DNA of 57,258 nucleotides, filler included, from Platydemus manokwari (taxonomy: Eukaryota), in NCBI GenBank assembly GCA_037951405.1. It is 5 parts of 5 records of this genome, joined end to end, with 100 filler letters (N's around TTAATTAATTAA, not from the genome) between each part and the next. Parts side by side here need not be neighbours in the genome. Positions count along the whole stretch, not along the records: positions 1 to 14,458 come from JBBMOY011458087.1; 4 more parts are not named here. One strand, given 5' to 3'. How positions within the stretch are numbered: position 1 is the first letter of the stretch; every line of letters starts with the position of its first letter. The notes beneath the pieces are model-generated. The model was given only the letters and a program-made list of their open reading frames with translations. It searched no databases and was not told where the DNA came from. Position numbers and translations under genes: made by a program. Of the stretch, positions 1-13,549 are shown one piece after another.

Positions 1-162
1 TACTATTATTATTAACATTATTATTATTCATATAATTTCAAAATTATTATATATTTTTTATAATTTTATTTCACATTTTGATTGGCAGATTTAGTCCACT
101 CAAACCATTATTTCAAAAACAATAGATTCAAAATAATATTATTAATTATAAATAATGAATTT

Positions 163-3100
163 TTATTTCGCGAAACTATTTCTCCTATTGACGATAGGAA
201 AGAAACGTTTAATTAAAATGGGAACAAATGTGGAAAAATCAATCCCATTTACTATTTTATCGATTTTCTGTACGCCATAATACATTCGATCAAATGAAAA
301 CTGAAATTTCTGAATTGCTCAGCTGAATTTCATTTTTAATTAAAATTGAAAACATTGATGAATGAGAAAATTGTTGTTTAGCTTTTACTGTTCAATGCCA
401 ACTCATGAAAAATGATTTAATTAATTAAATTTGGATTTTAATTATGAATCAATTAATCAATATCTGCATTTATCAATCAATAAATGCCAATCATTATGGA
501 ATAATCAATCAATACCAATATCTGTCAATCAATATCTATTTTTATCAATCAATACATACCGATCATTATGAACCAATCAATTAATATCAATGCCTATCAA
601 TCAAACGATACCAATCAATAATTATCAATCTATCTATCCATATCTATCTATATCCATATATCTATAATAAATTGATTTAATCAATGAGTGATTAATGATA
701 AATATATAATAGCACGCGTAATGAATAAAAATGACCAAAATTATAACCTGTTGCGAAGGATTGAATTGAAAATCATTAATTAATTGCTGACTGGTAGGAT
801 CTCTCATACCGATAGCTAATTGTACAACAATATCCTGATCATTAACAATTCTATCAATGCAAATAACAATGGATGTATAAATCAACAATCAATATCAAAT
901 CAATTACTCTCCAGCATAATCCATATCAGTGATATTCATGCCAACACAATAATCATTCAGTGGTACTTGTTGCAATTTTATTGGATCAAATACAATTTGA
1001 TATTGAAATGTCAAATCAGCTTTAATAGCTTGATTGATTTCTTCTTTCGAAATAACAGTTTTGCTTTTGCGATACATATTAATGCGTGAAAGAAATTCTA
1101 ATAAATCTATCGATTGAGATTTCTGAATCATCTAATTCAAACAAAATCCGAACATCAAAAAACAATTCAATGAGTGAACAAATGAAACCTTTGTAGCTGT
1201 TATCAAACCGACTCCATTAATTCCTGGAAAATAATCACAGCCAGATACTATGCAAATATGGCGGAATTTATCAAAACTGTACTTTTCCATTTGAAATTTC
1301 AAAGCTTTATTTATATCGTTTTTCTCAATCAAATTGCATTTACCATTGAAATCAAGTTTGAACAACACCTATTTTCACAAATCATTTCATTTCCAACCTA
1401 ATGAAAAAATATCAATACTTTAGGTGTTCCAAATAGAAGTAAATCGGAATCTTCAGTAATAACATAATCGACTAAATTTTTCCTTCCAAGATATGCTAAT
1501 TGAGCATCAGCTTCGTAAGGTGCAACAATAGACTTTACACCGAGAGACTGAGCTTTCTAATATGGGAATGAAAATGTTTAATTAATAATTAATTTAATTA
1601 ATTAATATAAATATCGAATTAGTTTCACTCAATGAAATTAAACATGATCACATTATTATCTAACTAAATACAAATAATATAATTATTTATCTCTTTCTTT
1701 TATTAAATTGCTTTTAACGTAAATTAAATTCTTTTCCATCTTCAAAAACAAAAATAGATTTTAAACCTTTAAATATTTTTAAGAAAATATCATGGTTAGT
1801 GAAAAAACATTAATAATATTTTATACCTTTTATATTTATAACATAATTTTCAGATGAGCTTTTTATTATTTAAGGTGTAACATTTGGTGTCCAATTAACG
1901 ACTACATAATCGGAATAAAAATCTCTTGTTCTCAGGAAAAGTAAAATTAATTTCCAATAAACATTCATTTATAAAACAGCCAAATATTAAATCATTTAAG
2001 ATCCAATTAACATCCAATTCCCGATTACTTAAGATTATTATTAGTTAATTACATTTGATATCAAGTTCAACATAATTACTAACAAAAATTTTAAAATCTT
2101 TATAAAATGTTAGATTTTTTTATTGAATTAATGGAAATGCATTTCAATATTTAAACAAAATCTACTTGCAAATTAGAAAAGATACCTCAATAAAGAAAGT
2201 TTAATTTTGACTAATTAGAACCAGTGAAAAAAATCACTTCAGATTGTACTATTATTAAAGATTAATCTAGTTTAATTTTTAATTAATTATAGTTTTAATT
2301 AACTTACATCAGTTATTTTAATAAATTTTGTCAATACCATCATTTCTTCTAATACTAATAAATCCACATAATAAAGTTTAAGTAAGAAAAACTGAAAATT
2401 ACAAACTACTTTGAATTTGACAGTAGAAAAATATTTTACAGAAAATGTTAAATAAATCAGACGAATCAAGACATAGTTTGATCGACATTAATCTTAAAAA
2501 ATATTTCTAAGTCAAACTAATATAGATTGATCAATAAATTATAAAAAATAAAATTAATTTAGAAATGTACTGTTAAAAATAATAAAAATAAACAAATTTA
2601 AGTCAAGATATTTCAAATAAAAATTACAAAAAATTTTAAATAGTATACGAATAATGGTCTATTTTAATTCATTTTATAACTGGTTATGTAATAGAAACGT
2701 TAAAATGGTATTAAGTTAGATTAAAGTTACTATGATAAATAATTTAACAGGGGTATTGCTAAACATGTATCACACAATTAGAGATATTATTTTGTCGGAA
2801 GGTCACAAATTATTAATTAAATATATAATCATTTTTAATATTGTTAAATAAATACTCAAAGAAATTTAGAAACCAATAATAATAAATATTTATTAAACCA
2901 TTTAAAAGGCAAAACTTCTTACTTTTATAAGCTTAACAGCAATACTGTGTGATATTTCAATGCATTTATCAAAATATTCTTTTGCTTCCGAATGTCTCTT
3001 TTCCAAAGCTAATTTCATTCCTTGTTTACGATAACTTTCTCGTTTTCTGCATTAGATTAATTTAATTTAATTAAATACTAATATATCTTACTCAAGACGC

Positions 3101-3421
3101 TTATTTTCAACATCTATTTTGGCAGGAAGATTCCTGCCATCAAATACCAAAATGATTTTCATATCATAGAGAAGTAAGAGGTTAACATATTTCATGCAAT
3201 AATTAAGATAACTAGTTAATTTAATCAAAGTTTTATATCATTTAAATAAATATAAATTACATATCGGTATCTATACCAAGAGCTAACTTATCTGAACATG
3301 AAAGAGCTGCTTTATGTAGCCAACTATAAGTATCAACTGCTACAGTAGATCCTCTCATTTCTGATAATGAAATTTCTTTGGTTATACATTTCAAAAATGG
3401 TAAAAGGCCTTTAATTCCCAT
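163..3421 (-). CDS. EXO1: Exonuclease 1 (XPG/Rad2 family 5'-3' exonuclease), 8 exons, about 395 aa
   Basis: Hand-spliced exons 3421-3261, 3211-3092, 3046-2923, 1556-1419, 1368-1189, 1131-908, 850-748 and probably 300-163, all GT-AG with consistent phases. Motifs: [81 protein letters not shown], all typical of Exo1. The last exon is less certain. Confidence 0.95.
440..665. repeat. Low-complexity (ATCA/ATCT)n-like repeat in the last EXO1 intron
   Basis: Repeated atcaatcaat and atctat units visible directly. Confidence 0.7.
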
Positions 3422-6400
3422 ATTTAATAAATTACAAATTAAAGTTATTTTAAATGCATACTTATTTAAACAAGATAAATATATTTTAAATTAATTAAAT
3501 GTTGTAATTTGTAAAGTGAGAAATTACTTTAAATGAGAAATTGCTTTATTTCCATTTTAAAAAGTCATTTTTCACTTAGCATAATGGACCAACTTAATTT
3601 ACTTTTATATTATATCAAAACAATGAAGGTGCTTCTGCTGTGTTACACCACGCTTTGCAGTGCATCAACTAGCATTCAATCAAAGATTTGCAGGGAAATA
3701 AAGAAGGAACTGTATGCACTCACTTGGAAGATTACACACCACTGTCTATGAATAGACGTCAACGATTAAGATCGCTTTCTGAGAACTGCCAAATTCTGGA
3801 AACAATTGGAAACTGACCTAAACAGTTAACAATCATAACTGATGTGAATAATTTATATCTTCATATATTTATTAAAAAATATATTTCATCTTTCACCCAT
3901 ATCCGTACATTTGTTTTTTATGAATAATATAATCCAATTGCGTTTGTTTGCTTATTTTAATCAAGTTTATCTTCCATCTTACTTGTCGGAATTATGGCTT
4001 TAAGTGTCTGAATTCTATATTATTTGATTAAATTTATTCAGTTTGATAAACTGGGATTCCTGATTTTCTTGGCTGTTTATAATAAAGTGTAATTGAATGT
4101 ATTATTCCTTTATTTATTTTATATGATCATTTACTCTATGTACTTTATAAATTTAAACTCATTTTTTGTGTGTGCACTCATATATAGGAAACCATGATTT
4201 TTTATCCAAAAAATTTACTACGTTATAAAAATTGAACATTCTTTTAAATGTACACTGTTAAACAACTTAGAAAATGCAAAATCTCAGGGATAAAGGCAAG
4301 ACAGAATGTTTTTCATGCACAGATAGTTAACTTATTATAAATGCCAAATATCAGGATTCAATATTAACAGGATGTTACTAGTCCAACCGATTATCTGACT
4401 TCTTTTCGATTGATTAAGCAATCAAGTTTAAATAAAAATTAAAAGAAGTTCCGCTCCAATAAGATAAGAGATTTACAAAATTTAGTAAAGATTTAATATT
4501 TTTTAGTCAACACAATCAGCAAAAAAATCTTTATAAATTTTAAATCTAGTTGTATGTACACAATCAAATTACCAATAAACTTTAAAATCAGATATAATGG
4601 AGAATTATAGCAAAAATCAATATGAATAGGAATGTTTTATAAAAAAACTTTATTGACTATCAAAAACTAAAGTAATACAAAAGGTTTGCGATTGATTCTG
4701 GACTGAATTGATTAATATTGCTTGCAAATTGTATATTAGGACTTTAAACTGAAATTATCCAATAGAACATCGTATATAAAATATCAAAATCTTAAACCGC
4801 ACTCTTTGCTTGATTATGTTTCATCGATTGCATCCCACAAAAGACATTCTGCTAAGCCAAATGAATTGAAAATTTTAACTGCGATTACAATCGGATAAAA
4901 TTTTAAAAACCTCTAAGAACTCCAGACTCCCAAACAAATTTAAGTTACAAGTTGTCTATGAAAATATATACTTTAAAATTATGTTTTCGTTTCATTTAAT
5001 CTTACCGACAGTTGATTGTTAAATGAAAATTTAGCTTGTTCTAAGCAATGAAAATCTACAAGAATATGGGTGTCAATATTGATGCAAATGTGTCATAATG
5101 AAAATTTAAGCTCATTAGTTATTTAAAAGACAGAATAAATTTAGAAAATATCAAAAAAATATCAAAAAAAAAACTTTTAAAATATCAAATATTCTCAAGA
5201 ATTATTAATGGTAATGTTGAGGAGAGACGAAATCTCACAAGAGAAAAACGATTTTATATCTTGGTACCCTTATTTTACCACTTTAAGCATAAACATGACT
5301 GCACAACTATACAGAAATATCAGCCAACGTTGGCACACAGCCACGTTGTAACACGCACATCGGGATTGACCAATCCTGAATACACAAAATCAAGAAGTCC
5401 AATTTTAACTTGAGAAATAAAAGATCAAATGAAAACGTGACATCAGCTTGATACAAAATTAGACTTAAATCTCATGTATAAATATTGATACAAAATGTCC
5501 AAGTTTTAGGTGATGTTTTATATCGATTATGAAATGTTCTGTCAAGATTCAGAGTCGTTATATTCGTACTGATTAGTAAATTATAGATCGCAATATTCGA
5601 TTCTTTTGAGACCTAACAGTATTTAAGTTGCGACAGCGAGGAAATAAATGAGATAAAAAATAACCAAAATATCACAAATGCCAGATATTGAAGCGAATCA
5701 TTGTAGAGAAATTCAATAACAAATGTATGTGAAACCACTAATAGAAACATACTATGAACTGTTTAAGTCATTATTTTATTTCTTCAATATATTGTGAGTT
5801 CAATTTTAAGGATTAACAATATCTAAATTTGCAAAAACGTTAATCTCCAAATATGCTAAGAATCTAATATTATTCTTTAGATAATTACAACACAATTACA
5901 ATCAAATTTTTACAAAGGACACCAGCAAATCAATTAACCAACAAATTTGTGTGCAGACCTGTCAAGATTTAGAGTAATTATTTAGAAGTAATTATGGTAA
6001 CCCCGATAATCGATCGAAATTATTGAAACGTTATCCTTACGGAGCTAAACGAGACATAATATTTTAAAATAAAGTAAATCTATTTATAAATAATGTCATG
6101 AAAATTGCAATTTAACGGAAAATAATCTGGAGAAGATATTGTGGTCTATTCATTATTAAGATGATTGGAAATAGACAAGACAATATCCTTCCCGTTGCGA
6201 AGACAAAGAAGCTTTTTCATAAAATAATAAATGTAAGTAACAATTTTATTTTCTTATTTTATTTTAATTATATCTTTTTAAAATATCAAATTAAAACTTA
6301 ATATTTTAAAACTTATAATTTTTAGATAAAATTAATAAAAACTGCTATGAAAATTTATTTCCTTTGTCTTTCATTATACTGAATACAAATATCTCGGTTT

Positions 6401-7577
6401 CTGAATTGACGAAGTACTTCGAATTTGTTCACAATGCTGTGATGATTATTGAAACATGGAATGCAAACGAAAGACCTCCGGTATAAATGATTTATTAGAA
6501 TCCAATTAAATATTAAGTAACACATCAAATCCAAATTTCATTTTGTTAATTATTATAAATAAGAACAGCATCACTTGGATTTGGAACAGGAAATCATAAG
6601 CAGTCGTGTCATTAAAAATCCTTAATGTTATATTAAAATATATTGTACAAATTTTTGAGGATTGATTTATCATGAAATTCATTTGATCACTGACTTTTAG
6701 TGGAAAATGTAAGTAAACGTAAAGATGTTTAAGATTTAGAATAGTGAGAAAAATAATTGTTCAACTAAGTACCTATTCCAATCACAATACTTTTCTTAAA
6801 TATTTGACATTGCTATATTTATTAGAAATCTTTATTGGGCATCTACAATTACAGAATTCTGATATTTTTATATTAATGTTTTAAAATTGAACTTCACTGA
6901 TTATAATAGATTTAACAAACGCCTGGCTTGCTTAGTAATGTGATATTAATTTTTTTTGTAAAATAATTACAAAATTTTAGGCTCCCCCATTTGTTTTAAA
7001 TTTCAAAATAATGGATTATCGCTACCTTTATTTATTGTAAATTGACCTACTTTTCAAAAGATCATTTTTTCTGAATAAAATTAAAGTTCTAGTTGATTTA
7101 ATATTTGATTTCAAATAACTTAAATCCATTGTAAATATTTCAAAAATGTGGTTAATATAAAATTAATGACACAATACTGTTTATTGTAATATATTCAACA
7201 AAGTAACAATTTTATTTAATTACTTCTTTACTTAAGTTTAACTTATTAATAATTTCGATATACAGCATTGCGTTAACACATGATTAATCGAAGGAAAGAT
7301 AACAGTAATATATTTTGAAATGAATAATCTCTTGTAGGTTTTCTATTGTTAAACAATAATGTGTGTCAAACACACCTTTATTCAAATAGATATTTAAATT
7401 GTGGTGAAATATATATACAGCATTTTATTTATTTGTACTTATTTTTGTAGACGTTAGTATCTCATTCAAATTTTCATATATTTTTAAAGATCAACAATTT
7501 AAGAATTTCATAGTTTAAGTATTATTATTATTGTAAGCCATTACGGAACAATATATCGTGTATTATTCAGAATTATA

Positions 7578-10500
7578 ATGGGAAACGATTATGCTAAAAG
7601 TCTTCAAAACATGGACAATATTTCAGCAAATATGTGTGCTATTCATTTAGAACCAGGCTCATTTTATGGCATAAATTTATCACCCGATGTTATTCAGAGA
7701 ATGAAAGAAATCTATCAAAATATTTGGGGTAATGAAGTCAGAGTATGTATTACAATATTTTTTATAAACTAAATTAAATTAATTTGAAGAATATTAATTC
7801 ATATATACTTTTTAAAATAGAAATACATTTTTAATATGTTTACGGAGAATATATTTGATGATGTTCTTAGAGAGATACACTTTAATAATAAGCGTTTCTT
7901 TCCCAAACAATATATTATTGAATCAAATACAATTCCGTGATACTCTAGTTTAATATGTCATACCTAATGGTGATCAGCCCACCGGTTTTGATATTGTAAT
8001 TTTATTTTTTTCGTCCAATGTTAGAATACCATATTGATGATTATAATAAAATATGATCGATACAAACCAACCAATCATATATCAGTATATTCAAATTTCG
8101 GATTTAATGGAACCATTGAATACACACACTATTATGCAATACACACTTAAAAATACAATCATCAGACAAATAAATATCGTCGTTAACTCAATTTTTCAAA
8201 TCATTTCAAAATCAATTGTTGTTAAATCAACAAAACTTTAATCACGTACTTAATATAGTTAGAGCTGTTTGTTTAAATCGACCGAAATGCAAAAATCTTT
8301 TCACTTAGAGCACGAAATAATGACAGTGAAAATTATTGAAAACACTAATTAAAAAGTTCTTTGTTTCAATAACCAATTTATTGATATTCAAAATGTCTTC
8401 AAAGTTTTTCTTTATTTCCATTCATAAGTTTATTAGCCACATAGCTATTTAACAGTCTCCACGCAGGGATTTGAATTCACTGTTCTGTAGTTTAAATCAA
8501 CTGGGGCGCTATTATTAGCTGTCGAGACAACGAATACGTGATTGAAAGATATATACACCAGTAATTCATAACATCGATTTTTTAGGGGATTATTTTTGAA
8601 AATACTTGGATAATATATTAAATGTAGGTCGGACGAAGTGAGCTCCAAGTATAATTCTCGATGAACCATTAATATAATATATGATTGCAAATGACATCTC
8701 GAGTAATGGGTTTTAATTATAAATATTTAGTCATGTATGTAGGTATATGAAGTGTTTCGCTAACCTTTATCATGGATCATACGTGATTGATACAATGAAT
8801 CATTTATCAAAATAAAGTCTATTCTCATCAGGTTCAGACTCTATGACATTAGCACACGAGATTATTTTCGGCAGCATCCAAAAATTTTTTTTTCAAACTC
8901 TTACTTTCGAAATTTTTAATTATTTTTTATCATTTAGTCTATACAGTTGCCATTTAAGATGCATATTGTTCAGGCTGGTGCTATAAAACTGCCAGAAAAC
9001 AATATTATTTTGATTAAATTGTTTTTCTAATAAAGCTTTTAAAACTGTGGAGGAAGTGATGGTCAGTGGGGCTAAGTCTGCTGAGTATGAAGAAAGATTA
9101 GAAAGTTTATACTCAATTTTATTGTACTTTGCAACAGTTAGCATACATAAAGATAGGAGTCAATCTGTTGAGCAATGTTGTTCTTTAAGGATTTTTAATC
9201 ATTTCATCTAGTTGGTCGCAACATACATGTAGTAATCGATGAGTCATGTTTCATGAATTCATAATACATATTTGCTAGATAACCAAACACTCACCTTCGG
9301 CTGAATTTTAATGGTTCAACGAAGTCCAATCACTGTGTTGAACTTTTGAAATTCCGTACTGAATAAATTTCTTATTACATGCGACAATTCGTTTCAAAAA
9401 GGGGTCAGGCTTGTGATGAAAAATCAAATTATAACCCACTTTTAAACAAATTTGTTTCTTTTTTTCACATAGTTTATACGAAACTCTCTAGTCCAATTTT
9501 TTCATTTCACTGATTTGAGTTAAATGAGTTAATATTGTTTGTTTCATAACTACAACCTTTAAAGATAATTCATAGGCACCCTGATGATGAAGCAGACAGA
9601 TGAAGCAGTGACCTTTAGTTCGTCATTATTGATCTTTGTTTGTGGCCTATTCGAAATTTAGCGAATTAATATGACACTATCTGCTGATCAATAATATTGG
9701 AACTAAATATACTATTAATGTTTCGCGTAATTTGCGATGCTGTAATTCCAAGTGAGAACTCATACTTCATGATAGTGTGAATTGCTGACAATCCAATTTT
9801 TGATGACTCATAATGATTACTTTAAATTGGCGAGACTAGTAAAAAATCAAAGCGGTAAAATATTAAGCGTGTGTGAAATATTAGGGTGTTAAAGCTGAAA
9901 ATATTGTTAACTGCAAATTTCATTTTTGACAATCTTCTATTAAAAAACATTTTCAAATTTCTCAGTGGTTATCTAAATGTGTGTGAAATTCAAGACTTCA
10001 GCATACTGTAAATTCTTTTAATCAAAATATTCGAGAAGTATTGACTATTTATTAACGTCAAGAATCACACTGGTTTGTTCATTGTTCAGAAAATTAGATG
10101 CAATAAATTAGAAAAGATAACTAAAAAGATAATAAAGAGAAAACTTCTTTGTATGATATGTTATTACAGAGATGATTTGTGGAGTTTTCTACTTTATTGA
10201 TTGATATTACAAAATCGATTGTATAAATCGTCACTGAATTCAGTGCACTTATAAACATGACCATCAAAAAAAGGTGTGAGGCTTTAAACCTAAATTAAAT
10301 AATTTTGAAATTGAAATTAAAAAATTAAAAATTAAAATTGAATTATTTTACAATCATAAGTGATTTTTTAATAATTTAATTTTTTTAATAATTTAATTTT
10401 TTTAATAAAAAAAATTAAAATCAATAATTTATAAAATTTTTATAATATTATATATTATAAAAATTTAGGTATCTTGTTCAGACATTTATTGTAATCTCTC

Positions 10501-13500
10501 ATTTAAAAAATCGACATGTGTTAAAATATTTAAAGATAGAATATTTGTTTAAATAATATTTAATACGAAATATATATTTACACATTGCGAATTATGAGTT
10601 TTGATTTTAACCTTAAAAGCGAAGAGGTCTTAGCAGCTAATAAAAGGGAAATTAATTTAATAAGTAAATTCAATATGTCAAAATATGTTTGAAATCAATA
10701 GCAATTGGACTATCACGAAATAAATTAAATCAATAATAATTTAATAATGACCAAATGGATTAAATAAATATTTAATATTAGAAATTATTCGTCAATGAAA
10801 ATTGTTAGAAATATCAGGAGAAATGACATCCATTAAGCACTGACGAATACTTGGAAAGATGATATTTTTTAAAAATCGTAATCCAATAATATTAATAATA
10901 AAAATATATTTACCACAATGTGACCTAACGTTAAAATATACTCATGTAGTTTTAAATTTCATTGAATATGTATTCGTTAGTTCGTTGTTATCATATTTAT
11001 AATTTATCTCTTCATTTCCCAAGAGCTTAATTGCCTTTATAGATCAAAATATATGGTCCAATTGTTCATAAATTCAAACCTCATACATCGATGTTGCATC
11101 ATTCTGACTCAGATACCAATTCATTGAAATTAAAACGAATGTTTTGTCAATTCCATGAAATTTTCTATCATTCCGGATGGAGTTTACTCTGTTCATCTAC
11201 TCTTACGTATGAAAGGTCTCTGTCAACTTGGTTCTTTAGTAAAATAGACAATTCTTTCACAAAAACTATGGATACGGGTTCAAACAAATTCTGTGTCATT
11301 GGACTGAGCCAATATGACAGGTATTGAGTTTTCCTAAATTTGTTAATAATTATTTTCTATCTGATTTAATTAAGTTTTAGAGAGACCTGGTTTTATTATT
11401 TATTTATTTATTACAAATTCTTTCCAAATTTTTACCTCAGGGTCCAATTTTTTGAGAATGGATTAATAAAAAAACTAAAAAATAATATCTATTTAAGATA
11501 ATAATTATTAGTTAATAGTGATAAATCAGGACTTATAACATAGATTCTCTCTTGCGATTGAACCTATTATCACATTTCTCTTGGCTACGTCCGGTAATTG
11601 ATTGATTGTTCATCTATCGTCCTCAGAATCAAAGTCCAACCTTGAATAGTCTTCACACCTTGTTCTCGTTTATTTGGAACAGTATGCGTTCATTTTGCCA
11701 GTACGAAAATGCCACTGGAGATACGACGTGTTGATATTTGACTTTATGTATTTCATCATTAGTTTGTGGGTGATTTGCTAGCTAAGTCCCAATTTTCGTA
11801 GAATTCCATCATTTGATTTAACCCATGTTTCGAGCACACCCACGATCAAAGTATGAAGCTCTTGTTCTTTTTGATTTCTTTTATGAGAGTGTCGTACTTG
11901 ACGAGATTTTTCTGATTTGTCTCATCGATTAGCTTTGGCTCGCCCATGGGGTATTTGATGTCAATTAATATGATGTCACCATTTGCAAGTCCACTTGGAG
12001 GTTGGAATTGGCAAAAGAGACATTTCTGATCTATAAAGATTCTATAATCAGTATGCTATTCCACACACTTTGCTACAATCTCCATAACTTCATTGTGCCT
12101 AAAAGTTACAAACGAGTTAGATAGTTTACACTTTGTGAAAATATGTGTCTGTGATTCCATTGTGAACAGACATTTACGGCATTCTCTCTCGTTCATGTAT
12201 TTTTTGTTGAAAGTCGGTAAAGTATCAGTTTTGTCTTTGTTGATTAATTCAAACTCTGTAATGGTTAAGTGGTCACAGAATACCGTCTTGCCCCACATAG
12301 GGCTAATCGTACCATATAAGATTTTGTTCATTCCATTGATTTACAAAAAATATATTTTAATTGTGCTATAATGGTCAATTATAGATTTTATAAGGTTGAC
12401 ACTAGTAGCAAAATTACTACCTGTGATGTAAGCGACTATTATTTTATAAAGAAATTGAAATCTAGATGAATAGTTAAGACACCAAATTATCCTAGAATCT
12501 TCTTTGTAACTTCTTTTCATCTTTCTGTATGTACCTCGACTTCTATACTTTTGTACCATAAACATTCTCATAATCGAATAAAAATGCATGACTTGCCTTA
12601 ACCCGATAATATTTAATAAAGAACACTTTGATAACGACCTCTAAAGTCAAGGCGCTAAATTATATTTTTTTAATTACAATTATTCAAACAAGTTATTATT
12701 TCAAAAAAATTGTTTATATATTCATTGTTTTAAATTTACACTTTAAAAGATATAAAATGTACAAACGAATGATTAATTATTTTCACAATAATATTTTATA
12801 TTTGTTTTATTTTAATAAATCAATTTGTATTATATTGTTAATTAGATTGCAGTTTATCGATTTACCTAATGAGTTGCAAAATCCTATTACTGAATGCATA
12901 CGTACAAGTTGGAAAAGAGGTATTCAGAATACAGAGATTGAAAATATTGCCAATTGTTGGTCTATAAAACTGAAGGGAAACCCGTGGTCATGTTCTGGTT
13001 AAATACTAGTTATACAGATTTGGTTAATACTTAAATACAGATGAAGAGAGTCTGGATGCAAGATATCTTGTTCTATGCCTCATCAGATTCATGAGTAGTA
13101 ATAATTGGAGATTGGTTAACTCAACTAGTTTAAAGCCGAAAACATCAGATACAATGTTTTTTCGTTATTTTACAAACACCATTGGTTTTGTAAATCCAGA
13201 TACAATGCCAGAATATTATTTCATGTTGGGTCTAATGGGAAAAGATTATTTTTCGATTTTAGGAGGCAATGATAGTATAATAAATAAAATATAATATTTT
13301 GAATTGACATTATGAATAGTGATAAGGGATACAATTTCAAAATCGTGTGTACAAAATGAAAGAAAAGGTGTGAAGTCAGTCCATCTGAAACACAATTATC
13401 CTGCCGTAGAGCTTGTAAGCGATATATGGAGCAGACGTAGCGAAAAAGAAATGGAAACGAGAAAGTTGATGACTTTGATATTCCAAGTTTGTTTTGTTTT

Positions 13501-13549
13501 AAGATTTTCTGTTATTAACATTTAGCAAATGTTTTATGTAAAGACATGA
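7578..13549 (+). CDS. Uncharacterised protein with three tandem ~110-aa repeat domains (KLKGNPW family), 6 exons, about 339 aa
   Basis: Exons 7578-7742, 11043-11320, 12846-12997, 13041-13274, 13320-13486 and 13526-13549 join in frame with GT-AG ends. Repeat 2 reads FCVIGLSQYDRLQFIDLP...SWKRGIQ...IKLKGNPWSCSDEESLDARYLVL...NNWRL...DTMFFR. This matches, from memory, a repeat family of unknown function in fungi and invertebrates. Repeats 1 and 3 align to repeat 2. The 3' end is ambiguous. Confidence 0.8.
8230..10260 (-). mobile_element. Degenerate hAT-like (ZMYM-type) transposase relic in intron 1 of the repeat-protein gene
   Basis: Broken minus-strand peptides resemble hAT motifs: NNEQTSVIL (like the DxSxxEQLSxxLR motif), VFVVSTANN (like the PVSTASxERSFS dimerisation motif) and LSEKDFCISVDLN. 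Many stops and frameshifts; boundaries approximate. Confidence 0.4.
11540..12600 (-). mobile_element. 5'-truncated non-LTR retrotransposon of the RLE type (R2/R4/NeSL-like) in intron 2
   Basis: Zinc knuckle CRKC..MESQTHIFTKC followed by RHNEV, then IILIDIKYP and LIVGVLETW (like IVGSLGTW). This is the C-terminal order of restriction-like-endonuclease LINEs. Frameshifted. Confidence 0.8.

Noticed and set aside
5880-6490. Exon-like patches between EXO1 and the repeat-protein gene
   Set aside because: Splice-like signals exist, but frames contain stops and no family is recognisable.
7550-7742. H-NOX (soluble guanylate cyclase)-like look of MGNDYAKSLQNMDNI
   Set aside because: The exon splices in frame to 11043 and aligns with the other two repeats. 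No other H-NOX or cyclase exons were found.
13547-13549. Genome-wide UGA=Trp recoding
   Set aside because: Conserved Trp residues in EXO1, PDE1, BMS1 and PEX13 use TGG, and no in-frame TGA is needed in those genes.
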